A DNA stretch of 64,000 nt, from the NCBI GenBank assembly GCA_048213135.1, contig PS015363.1, positions 6,600-70,599 on the forward strand. The letters run 5' to 3'. Below are positions 37,340 through 51,266 of this stretch, piece after piece (the stretch's first letter is position 1; each line of letters starts with the position of its first letter). The position numbers were made by a program, and so were the translations under genes. The notes beneath the pieces were generated by a model that had not been told where the DNA came from, made no database searches, and saw nothing but the letters and a program-made list of their open reading frames with translations. This DNA comes from Reclinomonas americana ATCC 50394. Its lineage: Eukaryota.

Positions 37340-38757
37340 ATGGTGGAGCGCGGCACAGTGAACAGCAGCAACAACAACAACAACAATGCACAGAAGATGT
37401 CGTCATTAGATGCGGTGCAGGTGTCGAAGCGTGGAATCGTGCGCGCCACAGTCAGCGATCACGAGAAGAAGCTGTTTATGCGCTTCAACTACTTTATCAT
37501 TCCGCTCTTCCAGGTCGCCAATGTGCTGCTCGGTGTGTGTGAGAAGTGTGAGAATGTGTGCGTGGAATGAGAGTGGCAGCAATGTGACACTCGATGTGAT
37601 GCAGCTGGCATCCTCTTCTTCCGCTTGTGTGGATCGGCGGCTGACTATGCGCTGGCGGTGTTGGCCTTGTTTGGAGGAGTTGCGATGCCTTTGCCCTCCC
37701 GCTGCTCTCTGTCTCTCTGTCTTTGCGCCGACAATCGTGCGCGCGCGCGTAGATGTTGGTGATTGATGCGTACTCGTATGCCGGTCATCACTTGATTGAC
37801 AACTATGGAGCGGAGAACACGCCGTGTTGCGTTCACCACCGCTCTTCTCTTTCGTTGCTTTGGTGGCGCTCACCGGCCTCTGTGTGTGTGTGCGCAGTGA
37901 TGGGCAAGAAGGTCATTCTGCCGTTCCGTGTGCACCACGACGATCCCATGGAGCTGACCACGCACGGCTTCTGGGAGGCCAATGGCAACACGTGCCTCGC
38001 CGGCATCCCCTTCTCCATCATTGGTATGTGCAGCAGCAGCACACCGTTCCGTGAACCCTCCGTATAACTCCGTGCACGCAGCGTTGTACAATCTGTTCAA
38101 GTACGCCCCGACCGCCGGTGACGACTGGGCGATTGTGTTTGTGGGCTTTGTCATCGGTTTCTGGGGCCTCTTCTCGTTCAGCAACCAGATGCACATCTGG
38201 TCGCACATGTACCGCAAGGACGTGCCTGTGGTCATTCGTTTCTTGCAGAACGTGGGCATTCTTGTCAGCAAGGAGGTGTGTCGTGATCGACGCACTCCTC
38301 TTCTTCTCTTTTTCCTCCATTTCTCACGAGAGCCGGGGGCATGCAGGGACACGCCACACATCACTCGGAGTTCGCACGCACGTCGTACGCGCTGGTCACT
38401 GGCTGGACCAACTGGGTATTTGATCAGATCCGCTTTGGCGAGATGCTGGAAGCCGTGATTCGGTGAGCCGCAAGATGCACCGTCGTCTTAAAATGTGCGC
38501 GTGCGTGTGTATATATGGCATGCCCTGACTGTACCACCCGCAGCTTCGTGTCGGGCGTGGAGCCGGTGACCAAGCTGGAGATGGAGTTGCCGGCGGAGGA
38601 GCTGAATGCGCGGAAGCCGACCCGGTGGGAGTCCGTCACCTTCCCTTGCATCCTCTTCCCCGTCACCTACTTGTCTCTGTTTATTCCTTCCTCTATCTTG
38701 CTGTACTTGTTCCTTTCACGGTCACCAGCGGTGCTGGCGGCCAGTGGAATGGCTTAG
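37340..38757 (+). CDS. TMEM189/PEDS1/CarF/FAD4-family His-box lipid desaturase
   Basis: His motifs GHHLIDNYG, PFRVHHDDP, NQMHIWSH and GHATHH; also IRFLQNVGILVS and VTGWTNW. Confidence 0.8.
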
Positions 38758-38836
38758 AGAACTCCTCCTCCCTATTGTCTCCCTTTACCTTGGTGCGTGC
38801 AGCGCGACCAATTATTATTGTTGCTTTCGTTTCCTC

Positions 38837-39621
38837 TTAGTACACTGTGAATTTCATACACCTCGTCTCGTCGTGCGTCCCCTTGCATTTGACGCAGCAG
38901 AAGCGCTGGCCGCACCGCAGGCACTTGTAATCACCGTGTTGTCTGCCAAGCGCATGTCAGCACTCGACGAACATTCCCCCTGCCCTCCCTCCGAGACACT
39001 CACCCGCAGATGGAGCACAGCAAGTGCGGCAGGCGCTGCGAGGGGCCAGCCTGAATGGAAAAGTAGTTGGGTGGATCTTTGGGGTGCTTCTCCCGCAGCT
39101 CTTGCGGATTGGGCGGATCCTTCAACGTCAGTCCATACTGCATGCAGTGACCAGCCATCCTCAGCAACAAGCCACCTATACACACGCAACACACAGAAGC
39201 ACACACGCAACATCCTTCCAGAACACGCGATCCAGCGTTCGCACCGGCAGCTGTCCGTGTGCCGATTGCCCGCGTTCTGCACCACAAAAAAAGCGTGAGC
39301 ACCATGCACCTCGCCAAACCAATGCACTTGAACAACGCAACTGCCGCCAGCCGACTGACCACGCGAGGAGCCCGCCGCACCTCCTGCACCCCCTGCAGCA
39401 CTCTTCTTCTTTGGTCGCTTGCGCGTGGGTTGATACATTTCACCTGCGCGGTGTCGACGACCAAGTGAGCACACACGCACACGCGCGCGGTGAGAGGAGA
39501 CCAACTCAACTATCCGAGTCCACATAGTCCGAGTCACCATCGCCACCCAGCGCCATGCTGCCAATCCTCCCAAAGTCGTCCACATTCTGTCGACCTGTGT
39601 GTGTCACATGCAAGACGTGAG

Positions 39622-39663
<42 letters not shown>

Positions 39664-39864
39664 CGTATGCACACGTGCCTAGTGTGTAGTTGTCATTGTC
39701 AAGCGCCTCCAGACGCGAGCGCTGCACCTCGCGACGCGTCTCCTCGTCCACCACTTGCAGGCGTTCGCTGACCTGAGTTCGCGTGTGCATGAGTGAAGCA
39801 GGGAAGGTAGTGTGCGTGGAAACACATGTCACACCTTGCGAGTGCGGCCTGATCGCTTCTCCAT
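38837..39864 (-). CDS. ZNHIT1: zf-HIT protein, SWR1/SRCAP subunit (Vps71/Swc6)
   Basis: RLEALDNDNY...PNYFSIQAGPSQRLPHLLCSICG|QHGDYKCLRCGQRFCCVKCKGTHDETRCMKF. Confidence 0.85.
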
Positions 39865-40046
39865 CTCACCAGTTGTGATTTGTGTGAGTCGTGTGACACG
39901 ACGAACTTGCATCAAATCACTTCACATCGCGTCGCGTCGTCGACAGTCGATTCGCAGTTTCTCTTTTGTTCTTCGCGTGGAGAGAAGACAACTCACTCCA
40001 ACTCTACCTCACTGGTTCCTGGCTTTCTTTTTTCCTTTTTGTTGCC

Positions 40047-40385
40047 ATGGAGACGCTGTTGGTGGAGATTTTGCGCACACAAAACGAAATGCTGGCCGAG
40101 GTGCCGCTGACGGCGCTGCGTACGGCGTCGCGCTCCGAGCGAGAATCGATGCTGGCGGCCGTGTCCACGCTACGTACAGAGATCGAGGCATCGCTCCAGG
40201 CGATCCGAAACTCCCGCACCACGCCCACCCGGGCCCCGACCAGCAGTGTGGCGACGTCGACGGTGCTCGACGACCTGATTGACGAATTGCAGTTCCGGAT
40301 GATGGCGGTGGAGGAGGTGGCCGGTGTGACGCGTCATCGCCACACGCACGTCTACGACTGCGACGACAGAGACGCCATGCAATAA
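40047..40385 (+). CDS. Small intronless helical/coiled-coil protein of unknown function
   Basis: gccATGG start, 112 codons (METLLVEILRTQNEMLAEV...), TAA followed by AATAAA-like context. Fills the interval between ZNHIT1 and PSME4. Confidence 0.5.
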   Translation: METLLVEILRTQNEMLAEVPLTALRTASRSERESMLAAVSTLRTEIEASLQAIRNSRTTPTRAPTSSVATSTVLDDLIDELQFRMMAVEEVAGVTRHRHTHVYDCDDRDAMQ

Positions 40386-40425
40386 AACATGGTAACCATA
40401 CTCTATGCACTCTCTCGATCGCCCG

Positions 40426-43400
40426 TCAACAATAGTACGACGGAGCAATCATCAGCTCGGTGAGAATATCTAGCTCTTCCTCCGTGAACTTGTTCTTGTG
40501 CTCCGCACTCCATCCGTTCTGGTGACTCGTCTGTGCAGGTGCTAGTCAGGGAGCAGCACGACACGCGTAGATAAAAACAAAACACGAACCCAGAACGACG
40601 AGAGCACGGTGCGCACGGCGGCCGACACCGGGAACGGGTCGTTGATGTGTTTCGCCACCTCCACCAACGCCATGCGCGCACTCGGCTGCACGTCATGCGG
40701 GTAGCCACGGACAATGGCGCCAAGTCCGAGGACGCCGCTGTGTCGGCGCAGCGTCAAGCCGCGAGCTGCGTGCATTCACCCGAGTGAGGAAAGAGGGGAG
40801 AAAAGCACGCCGACGATGGTGCATCACGCACTGTCCGGGTGATCCAGGTCAAACTTGCGACCCTTCTTCGGCATGGGCGTGCGCACCCACTCGAGGAATG
40901 TGTCAATCAGTGGCTGCAGCTTATCCTCCGCCTCCAGCAATGGTACGTAGCCCGAGAGCGCCACGGAAGCCAGATCACGGACCTGCAGTCTTTGTGTGGG
41001 GTTGTGTGCGTGGCTTTCTTCAATGCACGCAGTCATACCTCCATCATCGAATCACCGAGGGCACTCACGAGGACCTCGAAGAAGCCGTTCCATGTGACAT
41101 CTGTGTGCAGCGGTGGTAAGTGAGCGGCAGCTACATGAGGACAGCATGAGTGACAGAAAACCGACCGTCGAGCAGGAAGCGATTCTTGAACACCAGCGAC
41201 CTGCGCATGCAGCAGCGGCTCGCACAGTGAGTGCACGCCATGAATCACTCGCCTCCGTCGCTTCACCACGCAACTGCAGCATCACAAGAACGCCCATGCG
41301 ATTCTGCCACGTGGTTCCCTCCTGGTCTCGCAACACCGTGTACAGGTAGTCAAAGAACTCGGAGGTGATATTGTCGGCCGCTGCGCAGCACCGAGAGTGT
41401 CGGTGCACAGAACATAGCAAAAAAAGACGCAGCATCACCACCCACAACGCAACTGTGCTTGCGCCCGTAGACCAAATCCGGATTCGGCGGGTTGCGTGGG
41501 CCAAAGAAGATGGGATGTGCCATGTTGACCAAAGTCATGTTGGCAATTCCGCGTACATCCTGCCACGCACGCCCCAGTGTTGTTGAGTCAACACAGCATC
41601 ACAGACGCGAACGCAACAACAAAGTAACGCGCAACATCATCCGGTGCATTCTGCGCGCGCAGCACGACCGGCAGCAGCGGAATAACATACTGGTAGAACA
41701 TGCGCCAGCGTGCAACATTCGTGCACTTGTAAATAAAGGTGACGGCCGTCTCGTAGACTGCGGGAGATGGTATACGTAGCGCGCAAAGATGAGAGACTGA
41801 GTTATCCATCTCTGCATTCTACACCTCCGCCGACTCACCACCGACGAGACACAGAGCATCGTCCGGGTTGCACTACAATGGGCGAGGGGTGGTCACTCAT
41901 GTGCAATCTTCCATGCGATATGCACGTCAGCAACACTCACCTCGAATGTGGGGAACGGATTGCCAGAAAAGAACGCCGGCGACAACAGATCGACACTCGG
42001 TGTGCTCGGCGTCTCTGGCATGTAGCCCACGGTGACACCCTGGTGGCCGCGCGCAGAGAACGTGAGAGCGGGCATGGCAGGTGGATTTGTCTGCTGACTC
42101 GACAGCCGCTGTCCTGCCACTGTTACCACACCGCCCGACACGGGCTGCGCCGGCATCGGCTCCTCAAAGTTCGGCATGGTCACACTGTGCGTCATGCCGG
42201 TGAGGTCGGGTGCGGCCGGAGTTGCTGGCTGCGGATGTGCCAGCTCCAGGGTGGTGGTGGGATCAAAGGCGATCATGGCCGCCGCTGTACTCGCATCCAT
42301 CTCGTCCCCGACATACTCGCCGGCGTGCACGATCGAATTCTCCAGTCGCGCAATGTCCTCGGCCACCTGGTTCAGATCGATCATCAGCAGCTCCTGGCAC
42401 CACGTCTTGACGAAATTCATCAAACTGCAGTTGCCAGAGTGAGCACCGCGGCAGGCAGGCAGGCAGGAACAGTAACGCAATATGATTTCCGCACCGACTG
42501 TTGACTTCGTTGCCCGAGTTGGCATACGAGGCACGGTGCGTGTCCTTGGTGATGGCCGGACGCCACAGATTGTTGAAAATCTACAGTGGAGAGATGAGTG
42601 AGGACAATTGTTCAGTCCACGCAATGCACGCAGCGCTACACCCACCTGGAACAGCAGCGTGGAGATCTCGTAGCGCACAGCCTTGACTGGGTGGCTCAGA
42701 TAGTGCTGCATGACCTCCAGCAGGCGATAATTCATCTCCGGCAGCGTCCACATTGTCTCCACAGCAATCGGCTGCAGGTACTGCAGCTGGCGCAGGATGA
42801 TTGACGAGGGTGTGTTGAGGCTGTCGAGCGTCACTTGAGAAAAGCAGAGCTCTGCGGTGGACGATATGAGATGCGCAATCACAAACCACAACCACGACAA
42901 TAAAGATACACAGACCGATGAACGGCCGACACCGACGCGGGTCGCGATCGGAGGCGCAAAAGACGGCAAACGAGTACCAGTAGCCGGTGCATTGCAACGA
43001 CGACATGTACATGCACACTTGCAGGAGCGGGAGCAGTTCCTCCCACTGTGTGTACGGCACACACAATTCAGCATCTCGAGCGTGGCAGAGAAAACTGAAG
43101 AGCACTCGACCAAAGACGCAACGAGCTGCTGTTGCTGAGCAAAGGGCCAGTTCTTCGAGCCGCGAACGAAACCGGCGCATAGAGTGGCGCACAAGAACAT
43201 GGCCGGCAGCTCCTCGTGGCCCGTCTGACCAGCCATGCTGGTGCACTTGTCGAGAGTGGGCTTCACCATGTTCCAGAAGCGCACTCCGAGCAACCGCGCA
43301 ATGTCCTTGACGTTGCGCACGGCAGCACCGGCCAGCCAGACGTTCTGCAAACAAGGGACGAAAAGCAGTGTAAGCACACGCAGCTGCGATACACACACAC

Positions 43401-46400
43401 ACAAACACGACGAATGTAGGGCGACAAAACATCGGGCGTGGCTTCGCTCTTCAGCTGCCGCATGATGCCCTCGAGAAGCGTCTCAGTTGGACCCGTGTCG
43501 CCCGGCGACTCCACACCAGCTGCACACCCGCAAAAGTGAGCACACCCCAAGAACGACACGAAGAATTCAACAGCACAAACTGAAGTACCGGCGGCGCCGG
43601 CCGCAGCCGTGGAGGAGCTGCTGCGAGTGGCACGTCGTGGCTGCTGCAACAGTTGTGCAATCATCTCTGCCAGACTCTCGGCATGGCGGGTCTGTTCGCG
43701 CGCCTCGGGAGTCGCAGTCCGTGCATGCTCCACCGTCTCCGGCGCATAGTTGTAGACGGTAAACTCCACCGGATCGGCATAGAATCCAAGAACTGCATGC
43801 ATGTGAGGACTGCGCACACAAGTCGGCGATAACTCGCACGCCCAGACAACGCAACCCTTGTCATAAAAGTTGCACTTGAGCCACTGCTCTTCGTTCTCAG
43901 GCTGGTCGGCGTAGATGGCGACCTGTCGGTGGAAAGCGGGGCGATCGGAGGGCGGACTGCCAACAACAACAACAGCCGCAGATTAGTGCATACAGAAAGA
44001 GCCCATCATCCCACGCTGCACCCACGCCATCAGCACGCAACGGCCGAATGTTGAGCTTGGGTGACGGCACTTTGAATTGCACCAGGGCCCGAGTCAAGGC
44101 CGACGCGCTGCACCGCACAGAGATGATGAGTGCGCACACCGAGGTGAACCACTCCACCGACCCCCACTCAACGCCATCGATCGCACGCCGGCCACATCCG
44201 ACGCCAGCTGCTTCAACAGGAACATCACCATGCGCGGCGGCGGCGGCTCCTCGTTGCGAATCTGGCTGCAGATGAGACCCGTGATGAGCGACTGGAACTT
44301 CCAGTGTCGCACCGGGAGACTGCATCGATGCCGGCGACTGATGAGTACCAGCATATCAACCATCGCGGACACTCGTACGCAACTTGGAGGTGAGCAGAGT
44401 CGTGTCCAGATCGGCCACAGCGTCGGCGGCAGTTCCAACAGCCTGCACGCCACTCTCGCCGCACATGTCGCCGGCGTCGACAATGTTGAGCAGGAAATGG
44501 ATCTGTGCGCATGTGCACATGTCAACACTCACTCGAACAAAACTCCTTGACACTTGACCGTGCATTGCAAACTCACAAATCCATTCCACCTGGCCAGAGC
44601 GAGTTCACCTGCGCACGCAGACACAGTTCATGAGCACACCGAGAAGGAAGAAACTTGTGTAACGCCGGGAGACGCAACGATTCTCGGGCGTAATGGCAAC
44701 ACCACCATGGAAGTGGGTGCGTGCAATGGTGATGAGCGGCAATTCCCATGTGGCCAGCAGCTCGTTGGAGATCAAGTTCAGCATCTCTTGCAGGGACACC
44801 TGCGACAAGCCAGGCGCAGCAGTCAGTGATCGGCACCAAAGAGTTTTCGGGCGAAACACCCGCGCGCACACCTTCTCCAGGTGGGTTGTGGTCAGCATGG
44901 TCAGGCAGAGAGATGTGAATAGCTTCCAACTGCCGAGGATCTTGGGCAGCACTGCGATACTCAGTGAGACGGCCGCAATAAAACATGATGTCGAAATATG
45001 GAGCAGCGAACCTTGGAAGCTGCCCAGCACCCACGCAGCGCCCTTGATCTCGTGTGCCTTGGCATCTGCACAGGAGAGGGTTGGTTTCGAGACGACAGGC
45101 GTCACACGCAAGCAGGCAGTTCTCTCACCGAGTTTCGTCAGCGAACGGAAGATGGTGGGTATCACACGACGGCAAATCTCTGCAGGGAACGCCTGCCAGA
45201 ACAGCTCCAAAGCACCTTGTGCCGCTCTACGCAATACAACATCACAGTCAACGTGTGTCGCCGTAGGAATGCATGACGAGGACGCAACTGTCGAACGTCG
45301 ACAAATTCGTGGAGCGATAGCGACAGCATAATGTGGATGAGGTCAAAGTACGGACGAGTGATCACCAGCGCATTGCTCGACTGCTCCAACAATCTGGTCG
45401 CGTGACGGTCGACTGCATGCAGGGCTGTGTCGAGAGAGAGGAAGGAATGAACAGGCATGCACACGTCGCAATCAAATAGCAGCAGCAAACGAACCCAGGT
45501 GGTGGCGCAAGTATCGGCCGTCCGGCTCGAACACGTCGTACACGTCGCTCTTGAGCAGACTCCAGTATGAACGCAAGGCGTTGGTGGCCGCAGCGCTGCC
45601 GCCTCGTGGTGCCATGAGAGCGATGGTCAGCTGCTCAACGCCATGCGATCAGCCAAGAGACCATAGATCATGCGCATGGTTATCTCGCGAACCTTGCAGA
45701 CATTCTTCCAGAACTTGGGCACATCGACCAGTGGCTGGCCAAGCTTGACGTACATCTTCTCGATGAGACGCACGATGCGCACGCGCACCGTCAGCAGCTC
45801 GCCTGCGTAAAAGGCAAGTGTGAGACGGGAAACTGGGCAGAACGGGGGCGATAGCGTGGACGCAACGGTACGCCTCAGAGTCGTCGGGAGCATACGCCGT
45901 TCCATCGTCAACCGGAAGCGTAATAAGCGGCACCTCAATGATCGTGGAGTCGACGCTGTAGGAATCCAATGTGAGTCGGAGCGATACTGCGCACACGGTG
46001 GTGAACAGCGGCACCTCAAGTCATCCGTCGGGATCTCGGGAATGGCAAGCGAAGCGCCAATGATCACCGTCTGCAGCATGGCAATGGCGTCGAGAGCCAC
46101 ACTCACGTCCATGCGAGTCGATCCTCTGCACACACAGAGAGCTCAGCAGAAAACACAGCCTTGACGAGCATCATCATCAACCACGAAACTCGACCGGGGG
46201 TGCTCCATCCGCACTCCACTCGGCAATAAACTGCTCCAGCGTAGCAAAGCACTCCTTGATGTGCGTCCACGCCAGCTCACGCACGCGCGACACTTGCGCG
46301 GCTTTCTGCACCGGTACAAGCGGTGAGATGACAACACTGTTGAGTGATACCGTCGATTTGCAGGGAAGTGACAAACCGGCTTGTCCCACTGGAACTCGGC

Positions 46401-49400
46401 CGTCTCGGCCGTGTATGTGCGAGCCCAGTACTTCCAGCTGGCCTCCTGGAACTCTTGCGATTCCCACTCGGTCGGCGACACGCAGCGAGCCTCGCTCAAC
46501 GCCGTGCCCAGCAATTGGTCAAAGAGCTGTTCAGCGTGCAGTGAGCGTACCAGGAAAGACGCGAACACGACCATGCAGGACGCCTTGCCTTGCCAACAAT
46601 CTCGGACCCAGCGCGACGGCACTTGCGCAGTTTGCTCGTCATTGCCGCACCGGCGATTTCCATCAGTGTCGGACTGAGTGGTCATACAAGTGAGAAGCGC
46701 AACACGGCGGTTGGGCGAACATGAAAGTCGTGGTAACGCAACAGCTGCTCCTCCACAATGCACAACTCGGCTCCGTCAATGGCTTCCGCAAGGAAACCGA
46801 GATTCCACAACAGCTCGCTCTCGGTCAGCGATCGCAGTTTCATACCTATCACGAAGACACACGTGAGCGACGAATCCTCTCCCACAACAACAGCAGCAGC
46901 AGCAGCAGGAATGAGATTTGCAGACCCTGCGCCGTCTTCTCCAGCAACAGTCCGTGGATGTGTCGCACAAAGTGCTCCAAGCTGTTCGTGGCCCGGACCA
47001 CCATGCCAGCCTGTCACACAGGTCAGCGACAGAATGGCTGTGCACAAACAACTATTCGAGCACACGCACCGTAGCCACGCCCATGTCCTCCAATGCCGAC
47101 GAGAGACCGTCGTACACACATCGCTTCAGTCGACTGCGCATGTCTGGCGAGGTCTGGTGCACCAACAGGCTCAGCGTGAACAGCAACTCCATCGACAGGC
47201 CAGCGTCGTGTTTGTTTTGAGGGATGATGGTGCGGACCTGCGACATCCCACGTTGACAACAGCAGCATTACAGCAATTCGCAAGGCGCAGCAGGACGCAA
47301 CGAATGAGAGGCATCGCTGCAGAGTCAAGAACAACCACGAATCCCAGTTTGCGCCAATCGACGCCAACGCCTCACTGTGCGCAACACCCGGTCAGCAACA
47401 CATCATCACTGTGTGTCGACGAGCTGAGACAGTACCGATCCGCTTCGGGGAGAGCAAGGAAATCCGCGCGCTGTGTGTTGTACGGAAGGGCGGCTACGCA
47501 CGACAATACGCCTGTTGTGCACACAATGTCGCCAGTGAGACACTGGCGTGCGCGACCGATAGTGGAAAATAAACACACGACGAAACTCGAAACCACACTG
47601 CATGCCAACACCGAGTTGGTGTTGTTTCCGGGGTCAATGGCCAGCGGCAGGTGCGGAAGGATTTGCAGCAGACGGCTGGGAGCACCGGGACCTGTCAGCA
47701 GGGCGCGGAACGAGTATTTCCACGCCAGGAGCGCCGACGTTGACCGGTGAATCTCGTGCACGGCATCAAAGGCGCCACTGATGGCCTCGGTGAACCGCGG
47801 CAACGTGTAGGTCGGGGAGATGACTGGCAACGTATTGCAGTGAGCAATCGTTCGACCACAGCAGCAAGCGTGAAACGAGGGGACGCAACAAGAAAGGTAC
47901 TTGATGCCCAGCACCGCAATGCCCTGCAGCGCGGGATTCTCCGCATACATGGCCTTGAGCAACATCGGCAGCACCAGCGACGAGAAACGCTGCGCGTGTT
48001 CGGGCTTAAGCATCCATTCGTCGCTGTAACGATGCTCGCGGTTCAGCTCTGCGGGGGCGCGGGGATGAGTGAGACTTGAGGAGAAAAGTCTATTCTCAAT
48101 GCATTTGAGTCGGCCGACCTTGCGAGAGACGCCGGGAAAAGTTGAAGCAGAGACCGTCGAGGAAGGAGCCGAGCACCGATACATCGGCCTGCTGCGACGG
48201 ATGGTAGAAGCTGCGCGACGGTATGAACAGAGAGAGAGAGAGAGCGCGCGCGTGTGCTGGGAGGATACATGCATGTCAACCCCGCAACATCTCAATGGAC
48301 TCGATGAGGCGTCCGAGGTAATTGAACGCCATATCCGACGTCGGGCTGAGCATGTACACCAGCAGGCCGGCGCAGGCACGAGCCGAATTCGCCGTGTTGT
48401 ACGCCGGGAACAGACTCTGCTCAATCTCGCTGTTCATCGACGGCATTGTGGAGTTGGCCATTGCACCGACAGTCAAGTCTGTGGCACGATTCAGAAGTGC
48501 AGTTCAGCGACACCTGCACGCAAGCGACGACGTACCAAGGGTGTCGAGGAGCTTGCTGTAGATGAGATCGATAAACTTGGACCAATCAATCCGGTCTGCC
48601 AGGCGCACGGCGGTGTTGAGCAGGTAGAAGAACATGGCACTGTCGAACATAAAGTCGGTGCCTGCGAGTCGGAGTGCATGAGTACAAACTCCCGCCAGGC
48701 CCCCGCAGTGAAACACCAATCATCACTGCGCACCGCGCCACGTCCACAGCTCCATCAGCTCGTCGAGCACCTCGTCAATGTTGCTCGGGCACGGAGTGAG
48801 GAAGATCATCATCACTTGGTACCACAGCTTGCTGATATCGGTGGGATACGAGATGCGAGCACGGCACATGTCCATGACCTCGGCGGCGCTGGAGGGCGGG
48901 AAGTAGTGGCGCGCCGTCAGGGCCAGCGTCACCAGATCGTCAACCAAGTGCTTGGTTCCCGGAGTGAGCAGCAGCAACAGCAGCAGTCAAGGAGAGCACA
49001 GGATCAAAAAAAACAAGCAAGCGAAGAGGAGCGGAAGACATCAAGGATATGCATTGACCCGGTGCATGAGCTGCTGGGAGCGGAAGAGCAGCTTGCGAAG
49101 TTTCTCAAAGAGCGGTCGCCACTCCAGCTGGAAATCATCCGGCAGCCACAATGGCTTCCTGCGCACACACACACACACACACACACACAGATCAGCATCA
49201 GCATCGCACACACGTACACGAAAGAAGAAGGCGGGAGAGGCAGCCACGCACTTGAGCAGCGCAATGACGGCATTGATAAAGAAGCCTTGCATACGCTCAT
49301 CCATCTGCGGTGCGAACGTGGCGCGCCACATGAAGCGCGTCAGCTCCGCATGATCGGGCTTGCTGAGCTTGTACTTGAATGTGCGCATCGATCTGCATGC

Positions 49401-49946
49401 GGCGAACTCCATGAGATGCACCACCACAAGGAAAGAATGGATGGGGAGACAATCGTACCGGAAGAGCAAGCGAACGGCAATCACATAGCTGCGAAAGTCA
49501 ATGCCACCAGCGTCGTCTATTCGCAGACAGAGAGTGGTGAGCGGAAAATAAAAAATGCGATCAAAACACGAACACCAGCGCATTCGTCTCACCAGGAGGC
49601 GGCGAGCGAACGGCACGCATGAGTTCCTACGCATCAGCAAGTGAGCACACACACCGGAAGAGAGAGAGAAACAAACAAGAAAACAACAACAACAAAATAC
49701 CTGATAGAATGCTCCGAGCTCGCTCTCTCGAATGCGCGACCAGTACGGCAGCGCGCGTGTGATGCACGAGGCGCGGAAACCTGTCTCGCCTCCATCGCTG
49801 ACGACACCACTGCCACTTGCATTGGCAGCAGAGGAAGAAGAAGACGACGATTCTCCGCTGCCCTTTGCTGCTGCTTGTTCTTGCTGCTGCTGCTCGCTCA
49901 GGTGAAAGTACTCATCCCAGTGACGAGGCGCCGCCTCGCCGCTCAT
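40426..49946 (-). CDS. PSME4: Proteasome activator PA200/Blm10, many introns
   Basis: N-terminal LPYW, LEWRPLF, ARHYFPP, HAHEIKGA-like, LAIDPGN; C-terminal RHSGVLGLGAIVRGYPHDV...FTEEELDILTELMIAPSYYC* (HbYX tail). Confidence 0.9.
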
Positions 49947-50015
49947 TCGCAAAGTTTTTATATTTTTCACGGTCCGGCTTCGTTGATCCGCACACGCAAT
50001 TCGTTTCTTGTGAGA

Positions 50016-51151
50016 ATGAGCGACAAGAAGGTCCTCAAGCTTCTGTTGCTCTGTTGTCGACAGTGTGCTGATGTGGTGTGCGCTTGCGCAGAGTGTTGGA
50101 TGCCGTCGGTGCTGGTACGATGTGTGGTTTGTCATCTGGTTCGCAGTGTACCCCGTGACTGTGCTCATCAGGTGCGTGCTTGTATGCGGGTATGAGTGTG
50201 AGGCGTAGGCGTGTAGTGAGTGAGTGAAAGAGTGAGAGAGTGAGTGAGTGAGATTTGAGGAAGAATTGTGCATGATTTCGCGCGCGCGTTGTGTTCATGA
50301 GTGCATATGTCGAGCTCTCATTGTCTTTCTGTGCCACACATGCGCATATGCTGCCGACAGTGACTACTTCAACTTCCAAGGCGCCATGCACCGTTGCGTC
50401 TGCGTCTGTGCGTGTTTGGCGCCATGCGCAATTTGGTTCACTCACACGCGCACACACACCGCGCCCCCTCCACAGAGGTTGACGTGCACGAGCTCGGCAG
50501 CTACGAGATGTGGCCGTGGAACCCGCCGAAGCAGCTGCTGCAGCTGTACCTGCAGTGGTGCGATGCCGCCGATCCGCTTCTGTGCGCCAACCCGCCCTAC
50601 TTCCAGACCATGGAGGCCATCAACATCCTCTTCCTGCTGTGGTTTTCTGTCGTGCAGCTCTTTGGCTTCATTGGCGGTGCGTGTGTGTGCGTGTTAACAA
50701 CACACAAGCGCACCCCCACATGTGATTGATTGGTGGTGATACAGGCTGGAACTCGATCCGCAAGCTCGGCCTTGTGTGGGCCGCCTGCTGCTTCTACTCG
50801 GTGGTCGTCTGCTGCGGCGAGGTGTGTGTAATACGCGCGATAGGTCGATTCCTCGACGTTACCGAATTGTGTTGTCTGCAGACCTTCCTCGGTGCGTCGT
50901 CGTCGCGCTCGCCGCACCCGCAGTGGTACCTCGCCATGTACATCCCGTACGCGGTGTTCCCGGTTCTGCTGTTCTGGCGTCTGTGGAGCGAGAAGCCGTT
51001 CTCGGCCTCGGGACTGCCGTCGACGTTTGGTGCCCTCATCATGTCGCTGACTGGCATGGCCACGCTCGCGCAGTTCGGCTTTTTCATGTACCAGTTCATC
51101 GCCAAGCACGGTGTCATTGTGTTCCCGGAGCTGGCGCAGTACATCTTCTGA
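50016..51151 (+). CDS. EXPERA-domain membrane protein (TMEM97/TM6SF/EBP-like)
   Basis: WYDVWFVIWFAVYPVTVLIS|DY...WCDAADPLLCANPPYFQTMEAIN...WNSIRKLGLVWA...YIPYAVFPVLLFWR. Confidence 0.75.
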
Positions 51152-51266
51152 GGATGCTCTTCGCTCACCACAGCTGCGACAATGATGTCAGTGTCCTATG
51201 TCGCGGCACACACACATAGATTAGTAAAAACCCTCGGAGAGAGAAAGGAAGCTGTGGGGGACGACG

